This document shows, piece after piece, positions 58,266 through 64,000 of a stretch of DNA of 64,000 bases. The DNA lies in NCBI GenBank assembly GCA_965214405.1, contig OZ243956.1, positions 4,352,001 to 4,416,000 of the forward strand. Direction: 5' to 3'. Position 1 is the stretch's first letter. Each line of letters begins with the position of its first letter. Below the pieces are notes generated by a model that saw only the letters and a list, made by a program, of their open reading frames with translations, was not told the DNA's origin and searched no databases. The stretch comes from Trueperaceae bacterium. GTDB lineage: Bacteria > Deinococcota > Deinococci > Deinococcales > Trueperaceae. The translations under genes and the position numbers were made by a program.

Positions 58266-59858
58266 GTGACATTTTTCACACTCGTTTTATTTGAGGCAGG
58301 AGCGGCGAGAGAGGGGGCTTTTTTGACGCTATCTGTTTATCCGAGACGTACATCCTTACATGTTCACCGAAGGCTGAAACGACTTCACACCCTCTTCTGG
58401 TTCCTGCTTTTCGTCGTCTTCCCGCTTGCCACGGTGCCGACGCCCTTGCTCAAGCTCCTGCGGGGCGAGGGGGCCGCGTTCCCGGATGGCGTGTTCGCCG
58501 AGGCCATTATCCCCAAGCTCATGGTGTTCGTGGTGCTGTGGCCGCTGGGTCTCGGGCTGGTTTTTTGGGAGCACAGGGCGCGGCAGGCCCAAAGCGCCCA
58601 CAAACAAGCGCGTGTGCGCCCCCTCGTATCGACGCCGCTGGTGTGGCTGTGGCCGTTTCTGGTGGTGCTCATCGCCTCGAGCCTCTTCAACCGGACCAAC
58701 CTCAATTTTGAGCTTCCCGGCGTCCACGGCCGGGTCGAAAGCGTGCTGGCGACGCTCCTCGAGGCCGCCTGGTACAGCCTCATTTTTGTGACGTACAAGC
58801 TCGTCTCGAGCCGGGTGTTGCCGCTCAAAACGCCCTTGAAATGGATGACCGGGGGCGCGCTCGCGGTGGCGCTGTGGACGCTTTTAGAGGCGTACGGCGT
58901 CGGCCCGTTGGCGCTCTTGGGCTCCGTATTGGGCCGCAACGCGAGCTCCGGGATAGGCGCGTCGATGGGTCATCACGGCTTTTTGGCGGCGTTTCTGGGC
59001 GTCACCCTGGTGGTGTGGAGCGCCTGGCGCGTGCTGAGTAGGCGCGTGAGGTTTGTGGACGCGAGCATCACCGGGGTCTTGAGCGCGGCGCTCGTGGCGA
59101 GTGGGGGAAGGGCGGGTATCCTCGCCGCCGGGTTTTGCCTGGTGGGGCTTTTGGGCTACCTGCCGCGCTACAAGCATTTTCGGCTGGGCGCGCTTACGCT
59201 GGGCGCGGCGGCGGTCTTAGCGGGCGCGGCGGTCGTTGTGACTTTGCCCCACGCTGAAGAGAGGTTGGCGCGCGTCGGCGCGGCGGTCGAGGGAGCCGAC
59301 CCGTCGCTCAATCACCGCTTTGTATTTTGGCGCATCGCCGCCACGGCCATTCTCAAACGTCCGTTAGTCGGTTACGGCCCCTCGAGCTTCGCCAACATAT
59401 CCTGGCGCTACGCCACCCCCGAACAGGCCGACGTGCTCTTAGCGGAATTCTTGCCGCCCGACATCGCCAAGCGCGCGGTCCACATCGGCAAAATCGCTTT
59501 TTACTACGCGCCTATTGAAAAGACGCTCGAGGTGCGCGTCATGAACCGCTACAAGGCGCACAACTACTTTTTCGACCTCGCCCTGGCGAGCGGCCTGCCC
59601 GCCTTGGCGCTTTTTATCGGCCTCATGGTGTCGTGCCTCCGCGCGCTCTACAGGTCTAAGCACCCCGTCGCGCTCGCCGCGTGTTTGGGGCTCATCACCT
59701 ACCTCGTCTACGGGATGGCCTACTTTTCGGTCATCATGGTGGACCCGCTCGTCTGGGCGCTCGTGGGGGTTGGGCTGGGGAGTGCGGCGCTCGAGCCCTT
59801 AACGCTAGCGGAGAGGGTGACGGGGCGGAGGAAGGTGCGCGGGCTGCGCCATGTGTAG
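58266..59858 (+). CDS. O-antigen ligase (Wzy_C) family membrane protein; start uncertain
   Basis: Many TM segments; SGGRAG, RFVFW..PLVGYG and KAHNYF..G motifs. Confidence 0.8.
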   Translation: MTFFTLVLFEAGAAREGAFLTLSVYPRRTSLHVHRRLKRLHTLFWFLLFVVFPLATVPTPLLKLLRGEGAAFPDGVFAEAIIPKLMVFVVLWPLGLGLVFWEHRARQAQSAHKQARVRPLVSTPLVWLWPFLVVLIASSLFNRTNLNFELPGVHGRVESVLATLLEAAWYSLIFVTYKLVSSRVLPLKTPLKWMTGGALAVALWTLLEAYGVGPLALLGSVLGRNASSGIGASMGHHGFLAAFLGVTLVVWSAWRVLSRRVRFVDASITGVLSAALVASGGRAGILAAGFCLVGLLGYLPRYKHFRLGALTLGAAAVLAGAAVVVTLPHAEERLARVGAAVEGADPSLNHRFVFWRIAATAILKRPLVGYGPSSFANISWRYATPEQADVLLAEFLPPDIAKRAVHIGKIAFYYAPIEKTLEVRVMNRYKAHNYFFDLALASGLPALALFIGLMVSCLRALYRSKHPVALAACLGLITYLVYGMAYFSVIMVDPLVWALVGVGLGSAALEPLTLAERVTGRRKVRGLRHV

Positions 59859-59860
59859 TG

Positions 59861-60016
59861 CTCGAGGGCTATGCCGAAATTAGCGTATTTTTGCGTGAAA
59901 AATTCCGTAAGGAGGTTGCCCGTAAGTGTTGAGCAAGCTCCCCTTCTGACGTTGGGGTTGCCCCAGTAAGATGCCTCTATAACGGCTTTCATCAGCCTGC
60001 GACTGTTGTCAAACAT
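59861..60016 (-). pseudogene. N-terminal 52 codons of a foreign low-GC gene, apparently truncated at CTCGAG
   Basis: TATACT-N7-ATG at 60029-60014; MFDNSRRLMKAVIEASYWGN..FGIALE, then the frame runs into the antisense strand of the ligase gene. Confidence 0.45.
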
Positions 60017-60049
60017 AATGGGAAGTATATTACGTGTGTGACCCTAGCT

Positions 60050-60502
60050 CTAATGAGAAACTAAATGTTCCAAATGCTCTGGAATCCTAAGTTGTCTTGC
60101 ATTGACGTTACCTGGCTTCTTAGCAATACGGTCTTCCATTTTACTTGGTCTGCTAAGACTAGCAGCACAAGGGGGGTTGTGTCGCTCGAAATGCCTTTGT
60201 ATCTGTTCTAAGCTGGAGATGAAATTTGCAGCTATTTCTTCCATGCTCACGCCTTCCTTTTTCTTAACGTAAAGCATTCGAGCGCCAGCTTGCACAATCG
60301 CTAGAATCTCCGCGTCCTTAATTCTAGTGCGCTTGTCGTCAGTCACCGCTATCCACCCTTGCGCAGCAACTTTAGGTATCCAAATCACGTCATCCTCATC
60401 ACGCTTGAAGTGGTCACGATGGAGTTCAACGTGAATGCCAGCATTGCGTAGGGGGTTGGCAAGCTTAGGGCCATCCATACAAGCGTCAATAAAGAACGTC
60501 AA
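60050..60502 (-). CDS. PIN-like toxin (VapC45/Rv2019-like)
   Basis: FFIDAC..DDVIWI..GWIAVTDD; low GC. Confidence 0.8.
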   Translation of the reverse strand: MTFFIDACMDGPKLANPLRNAGIHVELHRDHFKRDEDDVIWIPKVAAQGWIAVTDDKRTRIKDAEILAIVQAGARMLYVKKKEGVSMEEIAANFISSLEQIQRHFERHNPPCAASLSRPSKMEDRIAKKPGNVNARQLRIPEHLEHLVSH

Positions 60503-60504
60503 CG

Positions 60505-61197
60505 CTAAGCAGCTTTTTCATAGAGTAGAGCTCCCTCTATTAACTGAGGTTCGATGTCGTAATCTAAAGCTAGCTCTTGAATTGTTTCGCCGCTATTGAA
60601 GCGATTAGCAATTGTGCCTGTAAATATAGCTGTGCCCGTGATGGTTGGTCTGCCAAATGATACGCGCGGGTTTATCTCTACAGGGCGCTGGCTTCTATCA
60701 ATGGCGATGTCAATCACCGGGAATAACTTGGTGGGATTGAACTTTTCATCTCTCTCTACCCTTTGAAGGTAAAATTTCAAGATTTCTTTCAGAGCAAACT
60801 GACCTTGCCGCTTCAAGCTCAGCAATTTGCCGTAATGCTCTATAAAAACCTCACCTTTGTGAGTGCTGAGATCATCACTTAATAAAAGGCGTTCTATACC
60901 AAGGTCATGCCTGGCATATTCTAGAGCCGTGCGCACATCTTGCAGCCTAACTTTATTAATGCTGCGCAGGGCGTCTAACGTGTGAAGTTCGACCAGATTC
61001 AGGAAGGATAACCCTCCTTCTGGCACTACAGAAAGGAGGGGCTCAAATTGCCTTTGCTCCCCTTTCCGCGTGTAAGTCCCTCCCTGCGCCCAATATCTTA
61101 CGGTTGTGGTAGGGACGTGTAAGTAGTTCGACGCCTCAGTGTAGCCATATAGAGGCATCTTCAATGGGTCTAATCCTCCATAAATGTCAACAGCCAT
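60505..61197 (-). CDS. HTH + DUF433 antitoxin (VapB45/Rv2018-like)
   Basis: PLYGYTEASNYL..LSFLNLVE..INPRVSFGRP..SGETIQELALDY. Confidence 0.85.
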   Translation of the reverse strand: MAVDIYGGLDPLKMPLYGYTEASNYLHVPTTTVRYWAQGGTYTRKGEQRQFEPLLSVVPEGGLSFLNLVELHTLDALRSINKVRLQDVRTALEYARHDLGIERLLLSDDLSTHKGEVFIEHYGKLLSLKRQGQFALKEILKFYLQRVERDEKFNPTKLFPVIDIAIDRSQRPVEINPRVSFGRPTITGTAIFTGTIANRFNSGETIQELALDYDIEPQLIEGALLYEKAA

Positions 61198-61227
61198 GAA
61201 GCGCCTCCCTTCTCACCTCTGTCGTTC

Positions 61228-61260
61228 AGTGTAGCATTTTTGTAAAGGATATGCTGCACT
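61228..61260. promoter_or_regulatory. Inverted repeat AGTGTAGCAT-N13-ATGCTGCACT, probable TA autorepression operator
   Basis: 10-bp arms with one mismatch, directly upstream of the antitoxin gene. Confidence 0.55.
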
Positions 61261-61477
61261 ACCAAACTTTATTTTTGCCCGTTTTGCAGATCTTTGCCTC
61301 GGTTTTCTGACGTAGATTGTTTAACTGTTTAGCGGGTGTTCAGACCGTTTCTGTTCTGAGTTGGGTTAAGACATGCGTAACAGTCCGCTTGCGAAACCTG
61401 CCGGGTAGTCCGCTAAAAGTTCAATCTCTCCGGCAGTCGGTGACGCGTGCGGCGCCGCTGCGGTATGCTCTCTCCAG

Positions 61478-62482
61478 ATGCTCCTGCGACTTGACCCCTG
61501 GGCGACGGAATACAACACCGCCTATCACGCTGATGTGGTTTCTGAAACCAAGACGACGGTAGATGTCGCCATTGAAATGCCCCTCGAGGACTGGCGTCCG
61601 CTCGAGCCCCCCCCTCCCAAACCCCACTGGCGCGACCTGCTCTTCTTAGACGGCTCCCGCCGCGTCGAGGCGCGGGTGCTGCTAGAAGACGAGCAACGTC
61701 AGGTCGCCTTTGGCGCATTGGGAACTTACGGCGTGGGCGTCGTGTCGTGCTGCTGCGAAGGGAGCCGCCCCGCGCGTTTTGAGGAGCCGGAAAGTTTGTG
61801 GCTCATTGAGCGAATCTGCGCGCTCTCGGCGGGGCAAACTATCGAACAGTTCGTGGTCGAGGCGCTTTTCCCCTGTCTCGGCCCCCTATGCTACGAGGTG
61901 AGGACCACCAGCGAACGCGACGCGGACGCGGTGGTGCGCAAGCTCCAGGTTGAGATGCGCGACGCCGAGGGACGCTTGGCCGCCACGCTCCTGGAAAGTT
62001 ACCCGGACGCGCTCATCATCTGCGACGGCCCTCGGCCCTTTCTGGGCGACGAGCCCAACGTCATCGGCTACGTGAAAACGATTCATGACCCCAGGGTAGG
62101 GCCGCGCGAACTAGAGGTCGTCCGCGCCCTCGCCCAAGGCCAGCGTTCGCCCCTTTATGTGGTCGGCGGCGAGCCCGAGCGCGCTTATTTCGAGTGGTTC
62201 TTTAGGCTCCGCGACCCCAACCCGTGGCTCTACAGCCTTGCCGGAATGGTGCGCCTGCAAGCCTACGCCGGACCCGACCCGGCGGCGCGCTTAGGGGAGG
62301 TGCAGCACCTGGCCGACTGGCTTTGCCACGCCCTGCCGCGCTTCGCCAGCCGCCAGCACCAGGACCCGCGCGCGCCGCAGCAACTTCTACCCGTGCGGGC
62401 GCTCGAGGGCGAGCTAGGCCGCCGCATGGGCCACGCGCAGATTGTGCGGCGGCGGATTATGCAGCATTTGGCAAGGCAGTAG
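61478..62482 (+). CDS. nurA: NurA-family nuclease
   Basis: RLDPW, FLDGSRR, ICDG, GYVK and DPRAPQQL motifs; upstream of herA. Confidence 0.85.
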   Translation: MLLRLDPWATEYNTAYHADVVSETKTTVDVAIEMPLEDWRPLEPPPPKPHWRDLLFLDGSRRVEARVLLEDEQRQVAFGALGTYGVGVVSCCCEGSRPARFEEPESLWLIERICALSAGQTIEQFVVEALFPCLGPLCYEVRTTSERDADAVVRKLQVEMRDAEGRLAATLLESYPDALIICDGPRPFLGDEPNVIGYVKTIHDPRVGPRELEVVRALAQGQRSPLYVVGGEPERAYFEWFFRLRDPNPWLYSLAGMVRLQAYAGPDPAARLGEVQHLADWLCHALPRFASRQHQDPRAPQQLLPVRALEGELGRRMGHAQIVRRRIMQHLARQ

Positions 62483-62512
62483 TGAGTGGTGAGTGATTAG
62501 TGGTTAGTGTTC
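62478..62512 (+). repeat. Heptamer tandem repeat AGTAGTG AGTGGTG AGTGATT AGTGGTT AGTGTTC
   Basis: Read directly from the sequence. Confidence 0.7.
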
Positions 62513-62528
62513 AGGAGGTAGTGGGTTG

Positions 62529-64000
62529 ATGCGTGGGCTCGAGCAGACCATCGGGATGGTTTTGGGGACGGAAGACGCGACGCCGTTGCAGTTTTGGTTC
62601 GCGGTCACGGACGGGGTCAAGGTGCAGCTTGACGACGTGATTGCGGTCGAGGTGGCGGACCCCGAGCGGGCGGGCGACGCGGTGCGTTTTTACGGCGTGG
62701 TGGACGCGGTGCGCCGCCGGTTTGAGGGGGTGCAGTTCGACGGGGACACCGCGCTCGTGGCCGAGGGGCTGATGCCCGCCAACGTCGCCTACGCCGCGCA
62801 CGTGCTGGTTACGCGGGTCGAGCCCGAAGACTTTATCCCGCCGGGACCCGGCGACGCGGTCTTTATGGCGGCGGGCGAGGCGTTGGACAAGGCTTTGTAC
62901 CTCGACAACATGGACGCGCCGCTGCCCGCGGGCGTCTTGCGCAACGGCGAGCCCGGCTTTATCAACTACGACTTTATCAGCGGCCAGAAGGGCGCGCACA
63001 TCAACATCTCGGGCATCTCGGGCATCGCCACCAAAACGTCGTACGCGCTCTTTTTGCTCTACAGCATCTTTAACGCCTCGCACCGCGACACCAAACGGCG
63101 GCTCGTGGGAACGGGCGAGACCAAGGCGATTATTTTCAACGTCAAGGGCGAGGACCTGCTCTTTTTGGACAAACCTAACAACCGCTTCCAAGCCGAAGAG
63201 GAGAAGTGGCGAACAAAGCGCCGGAGCGAGCGCAACCGCTTCGAGGTCTGCGACCTGCCCGCGGGCGCATTCGAGAGTGTCGCGCTGCACGCGCCCGCGC
63301 GCGAGGGCTCGAGCGTGATGGCCGACGTGACCACCCGCGAGGGCGTGAGCCCTTACCTCTGGACCCTGCGCGACTTCGCCGCCGAGCGGATGCTTCCCTT
63401 TGTGCTGGCTGACCGCGACGCGATGACCAACCTTGGCTTTCTGGTGAGCCACTTGGAAGAACGCTTAGCCAAACTCGCCGAGGGGCAGCGGGGGCCGGGG
63501 CTCGAGGTCGAGCGTTTCAGCCACCTCACCAACCCGGATGGGGCCGCGTTAGAAGACCTCACCCCCATCACCGCCGAGGACTTCATGGCCCCCGAGCGCC
63601 GCCGCGAGCTGCGCGGCGATACGGAGCGCCTGACAAGTTTCGACGATTTGGTGAGTTTCCTGGAGTTCAAGCTGCTCTTGGAAGGTGCCGACGATACCGA
63701 CGGCAGCAAAGGCGGTGACCGCCGCTGGACCGCCAACCAAGCCAAGGCCACCCGCGAGGCCTTCATCCGCCGCCTCCGCGGGGCCGCCAAACACGTCCGC
63801 CGCCTCGTCCGCGGCGATTTGTCCAAAGCCGAAATCGCCCGCAGCAGGCTCGATATCTTAGACTCTCCCAAACAAGTTCACGTCGTGGACATCCACCAGC
63901 TCGCCCCGCTCGCCCAGATGTTCGTCGTCGGCGTGCTCCTCAAGGGCGTTTTTTCTGAGCAGGAAACGCGCCGCCGCGGTCAAACCTTTATTGTGCTGGA
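62529..64000 (+). CDS. herA: HerA/FtsK-family ATPase (runs off window end; missed by the ORF track)
   Basis: Manual translation MRGLEQTIGMVLGTEDATPLQFWF..HINISGISGIATKTSY (Walker A)..FNVKGEDL..FIVL at the window edge (start of Walker B); AGGAGG SD. Confidence 0.88.
   Translation, partial: MRGLEQTIGMVLGTEDATPLQFWFAVTDGVKVQLDDVIAVEVADPERAGDAVRFYGVVDAVRRRFEGVQFDGDTALVAEGLMPANVAYAAHVLVTRVEPEDFIPPGPGDAVFMAAGEALDKALYLDNMDAPLPAGVLRNGEPGFINYDFISGQKGAHINISGISGIATKTSYALFLLYSIFNASHRDTKRRLVGTGETKAIIFNVKGEDLLFLDKPNNRFQAEEEKWRTKRRSERNRFEVCDLPAGAFESVALHAPAREGSSVMADVTTREGVSPYLWTLRDFAAERMLPFVLADRDAMTNLGFLVSHLEERLAKLAEGQRGPGLEVERFSHLTNPDGAALEDLTPITAEDFMAPERRRELRGDTERLTSFDDLVSFLEFKLLLEGADDTDGSKGGDRRWTANQAKATREAFIRRLRGAAKHVRRLVRGDLSKAEIARSRLDILDSPKQVHVVDIHQLAPLAQMFVVGVLLKGVFSEQETRRRGQTFIVL

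Noticed and set aside
58265..58280. CRP/FNR-like site AGTGA-N6-TCACA
   Set aside because: Single match with an uncertain gene start; too weak to call.

Overview
A 64 kb GC-rich bacterial chromosomal segment. Gene content and the many leaderless TANNNT-N5-8-ATG starts suggest Deinococcota, probably Truepera-like (inference). Housekeeping genes include ffh-rpsP-khpA-rimM-trmD, gyrA, ftsE, nfi, purB, ppk2, coaE, a tRNA nucleotidyltransferase and nurA-herA. Also present are a DesKR-type two-component system with its ABC exporter, a PaoABC-like molybdoenzyme, a possible cysteate/sulfolactate catabolic cluster and at least seven toxin-antitoxin modules or remnants. No rRNA, tRNA, CRISPR array or intact transposase was recognised. 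The strongest unexplained signal is the palindrome CTCGAG, often GCTCGAGC. I counted about 160 copies by hand against roughly 21 expected, in all reading frames and between genes, much like cyanobacterial HIP1. It sits exactly on rearrangement junctions. A type ISP-like restriction-modification gene has its N-terminus joined out of frame to its C-terminus inside one GCTCGAG (32994-33000). A low-GC TA island begins at a CTCGAG that appears to truncate a foreign gene (59861). Together these suggest a HIP-like, possibly methylation-linked, system of genome plasticity in this lineage.
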